A DNA stretch of 64,000 nt from an uncultured delta proteobacterium (GTDB taxonomy: Bacteria > Myxococcota > Myxococcia > Myxococcales > Anaeromyxobacteraceae), in NCBI GenBank assembly GCA_963828255.1, contig CAWHDZ010000018.1, positions 1 to 64,000 on the forward strand, given 5' to 3'. The notes below the pieces were generated by a model. That model was not told the DNA's origin. It ran no database searches and saw only the letters and a list, made by a program, of their open reading frames with translations. Below, one piece after another: positions 22,007 to 30,159 of this stretch. The position numbers were made by a program, and so were the translations under genes. The stretch's first letter is position 1. The number at the start of each line of letters is the position of its first letter.

Positions 22007-22144
22007 CTAGCGGAGCGCGCCGGCAAGCGCGAACGAGAGGGCCACCAGCGCGGCGGCCGCCAGGAACCGCAGCCAGAGGCCGGGCACGACGGGACGGGGT
22101 GCGGCGATGGCGACGGCTCGGGTGGTCTCGTTCTGGCGCTTCAT
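22007..22144 (-). CDS. Putative 45-aa small membrane protein
   Basis: MKRQNETTRAVAIAAPRPVVPGLWLRFLAAAALVALSFALAGALR: one hydrophobic helix, co-oriented with its neighbours, below the ORF-track cutoff. Confidence 0.45.
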   Translation of the reverse strand: MKRQNETTRAVAIAAPRPVVPGLWLRFLAAAALVALSFALAGALR

Positions 22145-22289
22145 GCGGAGTCCATTACCGGGCGCGGGCGGCGGCGCCAGGGGAAATCGAACCCGGCGCT
22201 GCCTCGGACGCGACCACCGCGGCGGAGCGGGGCCGGGCCTCGGCCAGCGCGCGGCTCACGGCCGCCGGGCCGCCCATTTCGCCCGGGAG

Positions 22290-22850
22290 CTAGTCCTCCT
22301 GCAGGTCGGCCGCGAGCGCCTGCCGCTGCTCGGCCCCGAGCGGCGCCTCCAGGGTGAGCCGCGGGTGGTCCGATCCCACCGCGACCGGCGCCTCGCCTCC
22401 GGTGTCGAACTTGAGGTACTGCACCGAGGAGAGCCGCTCGTCCCCGACCTGGCGGGCGTCGAAGGTGGCCTTCACCTTCCGTCCGCTGGCGGTCTTCACG
22501 TAGAGGGAACCGGGCAGACCCATCCACTCACGGAGCTTCACCGCCCGCTGCTCCGGGTCGTCGATCTCGATGAGCAGGACCGCGCCCAGCTCACCCTTGC
22601 GTCCCAGCAACTCGTTGTAGGTCTGGAGCTCGTGGGCGATGGCCGCCTCGTCCACCATGCGCTCGGCCCGCACCATCTCCTGGACCTGGTAGCGCACGGT
22701 GTCGCGGTTCTCGAAGAGGAAGGTGAGCGCCTCTCCCAGGTGGACGCGCCGGGGCATCTTCACCGCGAGCAGCTTCTCGCGGACGGCGGGCCTGGCCTTC
22801 TCGTAGGCGGTGAGGTCGAGGACCTCGTCTCGGGTCACGGGCTTCATCAT
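22290..22850 (-). CDS. DUF3501 family protein
   Basis: RRVHLG...[20 protein letters not shown]...YNELL...SSVQYLKF; third gene of the rubrerythrin operon. Confidence 0.85.
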   Translation of the reverse strand: MMKPVTRDEVLDLTAYEKARPAVREKLLAVKMPRRVHLGEALTFLFENRDTVRYQVQEMVRAERMVDEAAIAHELQTYNELLGRKGELGAVLLIEIDDPEQRAVKLREWMGLPGSLYVKTASGRKVKATFDARQVGDERLSSVQYLKFDTGGEAPVAVGSDHPRLTLEAPLGAEQRQALAADLQED

Positions 22851-24208
22851 GGCTTCTCCCCGCCGCCCTTCCCGAAGCCGTCTTCCCGGTAGGCCCGGGC
22901 CAGCACGGTCATGGGGTGGAGCGGCTTGTTTCCTGCGAACTGCTGGAACTGCACGGCGGCCAGCGGGCAATCGGTGCACCAGACCTCGGCCTGGGCCGCC
23001 TTCATGCCGTCGAAGGCCTTCCCGCCGATGCGCCCCGAGGCCTCGTGCCCCTCGACGGTCATGGCGTAGGTGCCGTCGTGGCCGCAGCACTCCATCACCG
23101 TGGCCGCCACCTCGACGCCCGGGATGCGCCGGAGCAGGTCGCGCCCCTTGAACCCCACCGCCTGCGCGCGCAGGTGGCAGGGGGCGTGGTAGGCGACCTT
23201 GCCGCCCGGCGGGGTGCTCTTGAAGTCGGCGCTGAAGCGCGGCTCGTTGCGGATGGACCAGAGGTACTCGGACACGTCCATCACGGCGGGCGCGAGCTTC
23301 TCGGCCCGGGCCCGGTCCTCCCCCTCGAGGAGGTGCGGCCAGTCGCGCCGCATCATCATGGAGCAGGTCGGGTTCACGACCAGGACCTTGGCCCCCTTCT
23401 CCACGAAGGGGAGCAGGAGGTCGAGGTCGTCGTGCGCCTGCCGGCGAAGCTGGTCGATGTCCCCGTGCTCCCAGACCGGCATCCCGCAGCAGCGCAGCCC
23501 CTTCACCACCCGGACGTCCACGCCGTTCTTGCGGAGCACCTCGAGCGTGTCCCGCCCCAGGGAGGTGTCGTTGTTCTGCACGTAGCAGGTCTGGAAGAGG
23601 ACGGCGTCGCCGCCGGGCTCGGTCTTCACCCACCCGGCCCCCTCGGCCCAGGTGTCGAAGGCGGTGGTGGCGAAGTCGGGGAGCGCCGCGCGCCGGTCCA
23701 CGCCCAGGACCTTCTCCATCACGAAGCGCGCCGGGGCCACCTTGTTCATGGCGTTGGCGAGCCCCATCGACATGCGGGCCATCCTTCCGGACAGGTCGGG
23801 GTCGCCGAGGAACTTCTCGCGCAGGGTGGGCTTGCCGCCCCGCGCCCGGAACTCCTGGGCGTCGAAGCGGTGCACCAGCGCCGGGAAGTCGAGCTGGTAG
23901 GGGTGGTTGTCACGAGGGGTGTAGGGGCACTGCACCTCGCAGAGCTTGCACTGGAAGCAGTCGTCCATGATCCCCTGGATCTCGGACGGGCCCAGCGCGT
24001 GGACGTCGTGGTCCCGCTGGTCGAGCAGCTTGAAGAGGCGGGGGAAGCTGTCGCAGAACTTGAAGCACATGCGGCAGCCGTTGCAGATGTCGAAGGCCCG
24101 CAGCACCTCCCCCTGGAGCGCGGCCGGGTCCCAGTACACGGGCTGTGAAGGATCGTAGGAGAGCCCGGGCGTCGGGTCGTAGGTGATCTTCTTGCCGGCC
24201 TCGGACAT
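22847..24208 (-). CDS. Fe-S oxidoreductase (GlpC/HdrD-like; two 4Fe-4S motifs + CCG domains)
   Basis: [39 protein letters not shown]. Confidence 0.9.
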   Translation of the reverse strand: MSEAGKKITYDPTPGLSYDPSQPVYWDPAALQGEVLRAFDICNGCRMCFKFCDSFPRLFKLLDQRDHDVHALGPSEIQGIMDDCFQCKLCEVQCPYTPRDNHPYQLDFPALVHRFDAQEFRARGGKPTLREKFLGDPDLSGRMARMSMGLANAMNKVAPARFVMEKVLGVDRRAALPDFATTAFDTWAEGAGWVKTEPGGDAVLFQTCYVQNNDTSLGRDTLEVLRKNGVDVRVVKGLRCCGMPVWEHGDIDQLRRQAHDDLDLLLPFVEKGAKVLVVNPTCSMMMRRDWPHLLEGEDRARAEKLAPAVMDVSEYLWSIRNEPRFSADFKSTPPGGKVAYHAPCHLRAQAVGFKGRDLLRRIPGVEVAATVMECCGHDGTYAMTVEGHEASGRIGGKAFDGMKAAQAEVWCTDCPLAAVQFQQFAGNKPLHPMTVLARAYREDGFGKGGGEKP

Positions 24209-24273
24209 GGGGCTCCCTCCACGAAGCGCGGCCCGGCCCCGGCTGGAGCCGGACCGCGATGTTCCAGGGCTCT

Positions 24274-24693
24274 CTACTTGATGCTGTCGAGCATCTTCGT
24301 GAACTTGCCGGCGTGGGACTTCTCGGCCTTGGCGAGCGTCTCGAACCAGTCGGCGACCTGGACGAAGCCCTCCTCGCGGGCGGTCTTGGCGAAGCCCGGG
24401 TACATGTCGGTGTACTCGTGGGTCTCGCCGGCCACCGCCGACCTGAGGTTCGCCACCGAGTCGCCGATGGGCAGATCGGTGGCCGGGTCGCCGACCTCCT
24501 TGATGTAGTCGAGGTGGCCGAAGGCGTGGCCGGTCTCCCCCTCGGCGGTCTCGCGGAAGTTGCCGGCGACCTCGGGGTAGCCCTCCACGTCGGCGACCTT
24601 GGCGAAGTACATGTAGCGGCGATTCGCCTGCGACTCGCCGGCGAAGGCGGCCTTCAAGTTTCCGTGCGTCTTGGTGCCCTTGAGCTGTGCCAT
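24274..24693 (-). CDS. Short rubrerythrin (no rubredoxin domain)
   Basis: [39 protein letters not shown] 24693 with AAGGAGAGG upstream. Confidence 0.93.
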   Translation of the reverse strand: MAQLKGTKTHGNLKAAFAGESQANRRYMYFAKVADVEGYPEVAGNFRETAEGETGHAFGHLDYIKEVGDPATDLPIGDSVANLRSAVAGETHEYTDMYPGFAKTAREEGFVQVADWFETLAKAEKSHAGKFTKMLDSIK

Positions 24694-24842
24694 GTGGACC
24701 TCTCCTTTTCTGCTGCGCGATGGGACGCGGATGGCGTCCCTGTTATCCCGGGGCCAGAACGCTGTCTCGGGCAATTCGGGGGCCGTGCCGGCCCTTCCGG
24801 GTCCATACCTGTCCGGGCGGTCATGCGGCCGCAACACATCGT

Positions 24843-24870
24843 GGCTATCGACTCGATAGCCCTGGCCTAT
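24843..24870. promoter_or_regulatory. OxyR/LysR-like operator upstream of the rubrerythrin operon
   Basis: CTAT-N7-ATAG-N7-CTAT (24845-24870) containing the perfect inverted repeat GGCTATCG-act-CGATAGCC. Confidence 0.5.
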
Positions 24871-25919
24871 GTATTGGGACGGGTGCTCCTGCGCATCCGT
24901 GCGGCCAGCTCGGAGAGGGCGCGCGCCTCGCCCGCCACCTCGCGGGTGGACGCGGCGCTCCGCTCGTGCGCCAGGAAGATCCCGTTCATGGCGTCCCGCA
25001 GCTGCTCCAGGCAGGACTCCTGCTGCTGGGCCACCTCGGCGATGGCCATGCCGGAGCGGGCCGAGGCGGCGAGCGCTCGGGAAAGCTCCCGGATGGTGCC
25101 GGCCGCCCCCTCGATGACCATGGCCCCCTCCCCGGCCCGGACGCTCCCGGCCTCCGCGGCCTCGACGGCCCGGGAAATGGCGCCCTGGACGCCGGAGAGG
25201 ATGGTGCGGGCCCGGGCGGCTGCGGCGGCGGTCTCCTCGACGTGACCTTCCATGCGGGCCACCAGCGCCGGCAGCGCCTCCGCCGCCAGCATCCCCCCGT
25301 CGGACTGCTCCCGCGCGATCCGGGAGAGCGACCGGGACCGATCGGCGATGTGGGTGAGGGCGTCGGCCACCTCGAGGAGGTCGCGCATGCGCCCGTCGAG
25401 ACCGGAGATGAGCCCGGAGAGGCCGTGGACCTCCTCGGCGAGCCGGGTGAGCGCCTCGCGCGACTGCTCGGAGACCGAGAGGCCACGGGCCGCGGCCCGC
25501 TCCGATTCGCGCGCCAGCCCCACCACCGTCTCGGCGGTGAGGGCCGACGCGGTCGCGGTGCCCGAGAGGCTCGCCAGCGTGTCGCTGGCACCGCGGACGC
25601 GCGCGGCGGTCTCCTCGGTGCTGGCGTCGAGGATGGACGCGGCGGCGCCGAGCCCCAGGGAGTGCTGCACCAGCTCGGCTGCGGCCTGCTCCGCCTCGTC
25701 GCGCCGGACGCGCGCCGTGCGCAGCCCCTCGGTATGCCCTTCCTCGGCGAGCGCAGCGGCCCGCAGTCCTGTGCCGTACCCGAGCAGCCCGAGGAGCACG
25801 GGAACCGCGCCGAGGAGCCAGAGGACCGGACCAGCCGCGCCGAGCGCCGCTCCCGCCGCCGGGAATGCCAGCCCCAGGACGAACCCCGTCGTGGCGACGA
25901 TTGTCGGGCGCATGGTCAT
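24867..25919 (-). CDS. Degenerate methyl-accepting chemotaxis-like protein
   Basis: Two closely spaced TM helices, then a long coiled coil with an MCP-like C-terminal half (IAEVAQQQ...LEQLRDAMNGI). Confidence 0.65.
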   Translation of the reverse strand: MTMRPTIVATTGFVLGLAFPAAGAALGAAGPVLWLLGAVPVLLGLLGYGTGLRAAALAEEGHTEGLRTARVRRDEAEQAAAELVQHSLGLGAAASILDASTEETAARVRGASDTLASLSGTATASALTAETVVGLARESERAAARGLSVSEQSREALTRLAEEVHGLSGLISGLDGRMRDLLEVADALTHIADRSRSLSRIAREQSDGGMLAAEALPALVARMEGHVEETAAAAARARTILSGVQGAISRAVEAAEAGSVRAGEGAMVIEGAAGTIRELSRALAASARSGMAIAEVAQQQESCLEQLRDAMNGIFLAHERSAASTREVAGEARALSELAARMRRSTRPNT

Positions 25920-26010
25920 TGAAGATCCTGCCGGGTCCGGGGAGCCCCCCGGGGTGGACGGATACCCGCGGGACACCGGAATGCCGGGTGGGCAGGCTCC
26001 TCCGTCGCCC

Positions 26011-26202
26011 CTACGCTGGCGCCGGGGCGGCGGGCTTGGCTGCGCGGGCCTCGTGGGCGTCCCAGCGCTTCTGCAATTCCGCCCCGAGATCCTCGAACTT
26101 GGGCGTGACGTCCTTCTTGGCCACGGCCTCGAAGCACTGGGCGCACTGGTGGAGACCGTTCGGGGCCTCGATCACCCACTGGATGTGATGGGAACAGTTC
26201 AT
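26011..26202 (-). CDS. Small hypothetical protein, probable Zn-binding (CxH...CxxC)
   Basis: MNCSHHIQW...HQCAQCFE; codon usage and composition look coding. Confidence 0.65.
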   Translation of the reverse strand: MNCSHHIQWVIEAPNGLHQCAQCFEAVAKKDVTPKFEDLGAELQKRWDAHEARAAKPAAPAPA

Positions 26203-26265
26203 GGTGGCTTTCTAGCGCAGCCGGCCTCCCCGGGGAAGGGCACCCCCTGTGCTAGGCTGGAAACC

Positions 26266-26733
26266 ATGGAGGATCTCCGCGTCCCCAAGAGGGCCGTCCC
26301 GGTCGAGGTCGTGCTCCCCGGAGGGGAGTTGCGGCGGGTCTCGGTCTACCTGGCGGAGGGTGCCGCCTCTCATCCCGGGCCCGAGCGGCTCTCCGACCTC
26401 CTGAACGGCTCGGCGGCCTTCGTCCCGGCCCTCGAGTCCGGCTCGGGGGCCATGACCTTCCTTCACCGGGGGTCGATCGCGGTGGCGCGCGTGGCCGCCG
26501 AGGAGGAGCCCGCCGACGACTCCTTCACCATCCCCACCGAGCACGAGGTGGAGATCACCCTGGCCGACGGCGCGCGGCTCTCCGGCATCGTGGCCTACGT
26601 CGCTCCCCGGTCGTACGACCGGCTCGTCGACTTCCTCAACCGGCCCGAGCCGTTCCTCCGCCTGCTGGAGCGCAACGGCGTCGCCCTGGTCGGGCGGGCC
26701 CACGTGGCCCGGGTGGCCCTCTTCCAGAGGTGA
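26266..26733 (+). CDS. Hypothetical protein with tandem-duplicated small beta domain
   Basis: Two similar halves (VEVVL..RLSDLLN...FVP / VEITL..RLVDFLN...FLR); overlaps the pilT start. Confidence 0.7.
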   Translation: MEDLRVPKRAVPVEVVLPGGELRRVSVYLAEGAASHPGPERLSDLLNGSAAFVPALESGSGAMTFLHRGSIAVARVAAEEEPADDSFTIPTEHEVEITLADGARLSGIVAYVAPRSYDRLVDFLNRPEPFLRLLERNGVALVGRAHVARVALFQR

Positions 26734-28238
26734 TCGAGATGGCCCGCCTGGACGCCTTCATCGAGCGACTCGCCGCCAGGGGCGGCGGGGAACTGCTGTT
26801 CCAGACCGCCCGCGGCGTGGTCCTCTCGGTCGACGGCGAGCAGCGGGTCCTGGTTCGCCAGGCGCTCTCCACGCCGCAGATCGTCGGCGCCTTCGCCGAG
26901 ATCGTCCCCGCCGAGATGCAGGCTGGCTTCCCGCGCCCGGGCCGGACCGTCTTCCCCTACCCGTCCCCGACGGGAACCGTGGAGATCGAGTTCGAAGCCT
27001 CCGGCGCCGAGGTCCGGGGCGTGGTGCGGTCGCAGTCAGACGACGGCGCGGCCTTCCCGGGCACCGCAGCAGCCCCGGCGGAGCCCCCGGCTCCCCCCGC
27101 GAAGGCTCCTGCGGCACCGCCGGCGCGGCCCACCGCGCAGATCTCCCTCCCGGTGGACCCCGGCGAGGCCATCCACCAGCTGCTCTCGGAGATGGCAGCC
27201 CGGAAGGCCTCCGACCTCCACCTCACCTCGGGGCACCCGCCGGCGCTCCGCGTCGATGGGGACATCGTCCCCCTGCCGGAGCTCGGCTCCCTCGACGAGG
27301 GGCGCCTCACCGACATGCTCTGGGCCATCGCGCCGGCCAAGAACCGGGGGGAGTTCCTGGAACGCTCCGACACCGACTTCGCCCACGCCACCGACGAAGC
27401 TCGCTTCCGCGTGAACGTCTTCGCCGACCGGCACGGCATCGGCGCCGTGATGCGGCTGATCCCCTCGCAGGTCCGCACCGCCGAGGACATGGGGCTCCCG
27501 CAGCCCGTCCTCGACCTGTGCTTCCTCTCCAAGGGTCTCGTGCTCGTCACCGGGCCCACCGGGTCGGGCAAGTCGACGACGCTCGCCGCCATGGTCGACC
27601 ACGTGAACCGAAACCGGGACGACCACATCGTCACCATCGAGGACCCGGTTGAGTTCGTGCACGAGAGCAAGCGCTGCCTGGTGAACCAGCGCGAGGTGGG
27701 TACCCACACGCAGTCCTTCAAGACGGCGCTGCGTGCCGCGCTCCGCGAGGACCCGAACGTGGTCCTGGTAGGCGAGCTCCGCGACCTCGAGACCATCGCC
27801 ATCGCCATCGAGACCGCCGAGACCGGCCACCTGGTGTTCGGCACCCTCCACACCAGCAGCGCGCCTTCCACGGTGGACCGGATCATCGACCAGTTCCCCG
27901 CCGACCGGCAGGCCCAGATCCGCACCATGCTCTCCGAGTCGCTCCGGGGGGTGGTCACCCAGGTGCTCTGCAAGAAGATCGGCGGCGGGCGGGTGGCGGC
28001 GATGGAGGTCCTGCTCGTCACGAGCAGTGTCGCCAACCTCATCCGGGAGGGGAAGACCTTCCAGATCCCCTCCGTGATGCAGACCGCCAAGGGAATCGGG
28101 ATGGCCACCCTGAACGACTCCCTGCTCGACCTCGTGAAGAAGGGGCTCGTCCAGCCCGCCGAGGCGCTGTCCAAGGCGGTGGCCAAGGGGGAGCTGAAGC
28201 AGCTCTTCGAGAGGAACGGGATCGCGCTTCCCGCTTGA
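26730..28238 (+). CDS. pilT: Type IV pilus retraction ATPase PilT/PilU family with N-terminal extension
   Basis: ASDLHL, GPTGSGKST, TIEDPVE, ALREDPNVVLVGELRD, AETGHLVFGTLHT, VANLIRE. Start may be ATG 26739. Confidence 0.9.
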   Translation: MIEMARLDAFIERLAARGGGELLFQTARGVVLSVDGEQRVLVRQALSTPQIVGAFAEIVPAEMQAGFPRPGRTVFPYPSPTGTVEIEFEASGAEVRGVVRSQSDDGAAFPGTAAAPAEPPAPPAKAPAAPPARPTAQISLPVDPGEAIHQLLSEMAARKASDLHLTSGHPPALRVDGDIVPLPELGSLDEGRLTDMLWAIAPAKNRGEFLERSDTDFAHATDEARFRVNVFADRHGIGAVMRLIPSQVRTAEDMGLPQPVLDLCFLSKGLVLVTGPTGSGKSTTLAAMVDHVNRNRDDHIVTIEDPVEFVHESKRCLVNQREVGTHTQSFKTALRAALREDPNVVLVGELRDLETIAIAIETAETGHLVFGTLHTSSAPSTVDRIIDQFPADRQAQIRTMLSESLRGVVTQVLCKKIGGGRVAAMEVLLVTSSVANLIREGKTFQIPSVMQTAKGIGMATLNDSLLDLVKKGLVQPAEALSKAVAKGELKQLFERNGIALPA

Positions 28239-28272
28239 CCCTCCAGCCGATCCGGCCGACGCTCCGGCCCGC

Positions 28273-30159
28273 ATGGTTCGCGCCGCGCCGTGGCTGCTCC
28301 TGGCCGCCGTCCTCGCCTGCGCGGCCGTCGCCTACCGGCCCGCGCTGGCGGGCCCGTTCGTCCTCGACGACTGGGGCAGCATCGAGGCCAACATGCGGCT
28401 GCGCGAGCCGGGTGCGCTCCGCGTCCCCTCGCCGGCGGAGATGCTGGGAACGGGCCGCCCGGTCACCGAGATCACGTTCGCCCTCGACTGGCGCGCGGCG
28501 AGGCTCGAACCGCTCCGCTACCACCTGGTCGGGCTCGCCCTCCACCTCGCGGCGGTCGTCGCCGCGTTCGGATTCCTCTCCTCCCTCCTGCGGCGGGCCG
28601 GCCATCCGCGCGCCCGGGGCGTGGCGCTGGTCGTGGCCGGCCTCTTCGCGCTCCACCCGATCCAGGCCGAGTCGGTCGCCTACGCGGCGCAGCGGTCCGA
28701 GGTGCTCGCCTCCCTCCTCTACCTGATAGCGCTCCTGCTGCTCGACCGGGCCGCGGCGGGCTGGCCCGGCTGGCGGGGAGCCCTCTCCTGGGCGGGTGCA
28801 GGGATCGCGTGGTTCGTGGGCATGGGCGCGAAGACCATCGCCATCTCCGCACCGGGCGCCTTCCTCCTCGAGCAGGCGGTGGTGGCCCCTGCGGCTGAGC
28901 GCGGCGCCGGACCGCTGCGGCGCCGGATCGTCCGGGCCCTCCTCCTCGCCGCCCCTCTCCTCACCCTCTCGGCCTGGAGCGCATTCCTCCACCTGCGGTC
29001 CTTCGAGGCCAACCCCGGCGGGGGAGCCGGCTTCGGCGCGACGGCCGTCGGCGGCGGAGACTACTTCCTGACCCAGCTGCGGGTGCAGTGGCTCTACCTC
29101 CGGCTGCTGGCCTGGCCGGACGCGCTCACCTTCGACCGCTCTTTCACTCCCAGCAACGGCCTGGACGGCGCCGTCCTGGCCGCTGCGGCCGGGGTGGCGG
29201 CGCTCCTGGCGATCGCCGGCTGGCTCTGGCTGCGCGCCGAGCGGGCCCGGACCCCCCGTCCCGCCGAGCGGCTCGCCGCCTTCGGGATCCTCTTCTGGTT
29301 CGTGGCGCTCGCCCCCACCTCGTCCTTCATCCCGGTGGCCGACCTGGCCGTGGAGCACCGGGTCTACCTGGCCTGCCTGGGCCCTTTCCTGGCCGCGGTG
29401 GTGGGAGTGGACGCCCTGCTGAGCCGGCTGCTACCCCGCCCGCGAGCCGCGGCGGCCGGCGCGGCGCTCGCCTTCGTGGCGCTGGTCTCGCTGGGGCTCG
29501 CGCTCGACGCCCGGGCGCGGGTCTGGGGCTCGGAGGAGGCGCTCTGGGCGTCGGCTGCCGCCGCCTCGCCGGGGAACGCCCGGGCCTGGACCAACCTGGG
29601 GCTGGCCCGGAGCAGGCGGGGCGACCGGGCCGGCGCCGAGGCGGCGTACGTCCGCGGCTGGTCGGTGGTGGAGAGCCCGGGACGGGCCGCCAGCCTGGCC
29701 CGCAACCACGCCGCGCTCCTCATCCAGGCGGGACGCCCGGCCGAGGCGCTCGTCGTGCTCGACCGGGGCATGGCGTTCGCCCCCGGCGACTACTCGCTCC
29801 ACGCCAACCGGGCCGCCGCTCTGGGGAACATGGGGCGCTCCGTCGAGGCCCTCGAGGAAGCCCGCTGGGCGGCCCGGGCCGCGCCCGGCGACCCCCTCAT
29901 GCGCAACCTCCTCGGCCAGGCACTCTCCGTGAATGGCGACTGGCCGGGCGCGCTGGCGGAGTTCCAGGCCGCCGAGGGACTCGACCCGGGCAACCCCCTC
30001 TACCCGGTCGCCGCCGGGGTCGCCCTCTCCTCCCTGGGGCGCCGCGACGAGGCCTGCGCCGCCTTCCGCCGCGCCGGGGCCCGGTCCGGCTCCCGCCCCC
30101 TCCCCCTCGACGCCGCCCGGCGCGCGTCTGCCCTGGGATGCCCCATACTGGCCCCCTGA
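28273..30159 (+). CDS. TMTC-like GT-C membrane protein with C-terminal TPRs
   Basis: FVLDD, RPV, YH...LH, LFALHPIQAESVAY...RSE, EHRVYL, then TPR repeats. Confidence 0.8.
   Translation: MVRAAPWLLLAAVLACAAVAYRPALAGPFVLDDWGSIEANMRLREPGALRVPSPAEMLGTGRPVTEITFALDWRAARLEPLRYHLVGLALHLAAVVAAFGFLSSLLRRAGHPRARGVALVVAGLFALHPIQAESVAYAAQRSEVLASLLYLIALLLLDRAAAGWPGWRGALSWAGAGIAWFVGMGAKTIAISAPGAFLLEQAVVAPAAERGAGPLRRRIVRALLLAAPLLTLSAWSAFLHLRSFEANPGGGAGFGATAVGGGDYFLTQLRVQWLYLRLLAWPDALTFDRSFTPSNGLDGAVLAAAAGVAALLAIAGWLWLRAERARTPRPAERLAAFGILFWFVALAPTSSFIPVADLAVEHRVYLACLGPFLAAVVGVDALLSRLLPRPRAAAAGAALAFVALVSLGLALDARARVWGSEEALWASAAAASPGNARAWTNLGLARSRRGDRAGAEAAYVRGWSVVESPGRAASLARNHAALLIQAGRPAEALVVLDRGMAFAPGDYSLHANRAAALGNMGRSVEALEEARWAARAAPGDPLMRNLLGQALSVNGDWPGALAEFQAAEGLDPGNPLYPVAAGVALSSLGRRDEACAAFRRAGARSGSRPLPLDAARRASALGCPILAP

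Noticed and set aside
24738..24752. GGGATAACAGGG partial match to the I-SceI site (minus strand)
   Set aside because: Only a partial match with no engineered context; coincidence.
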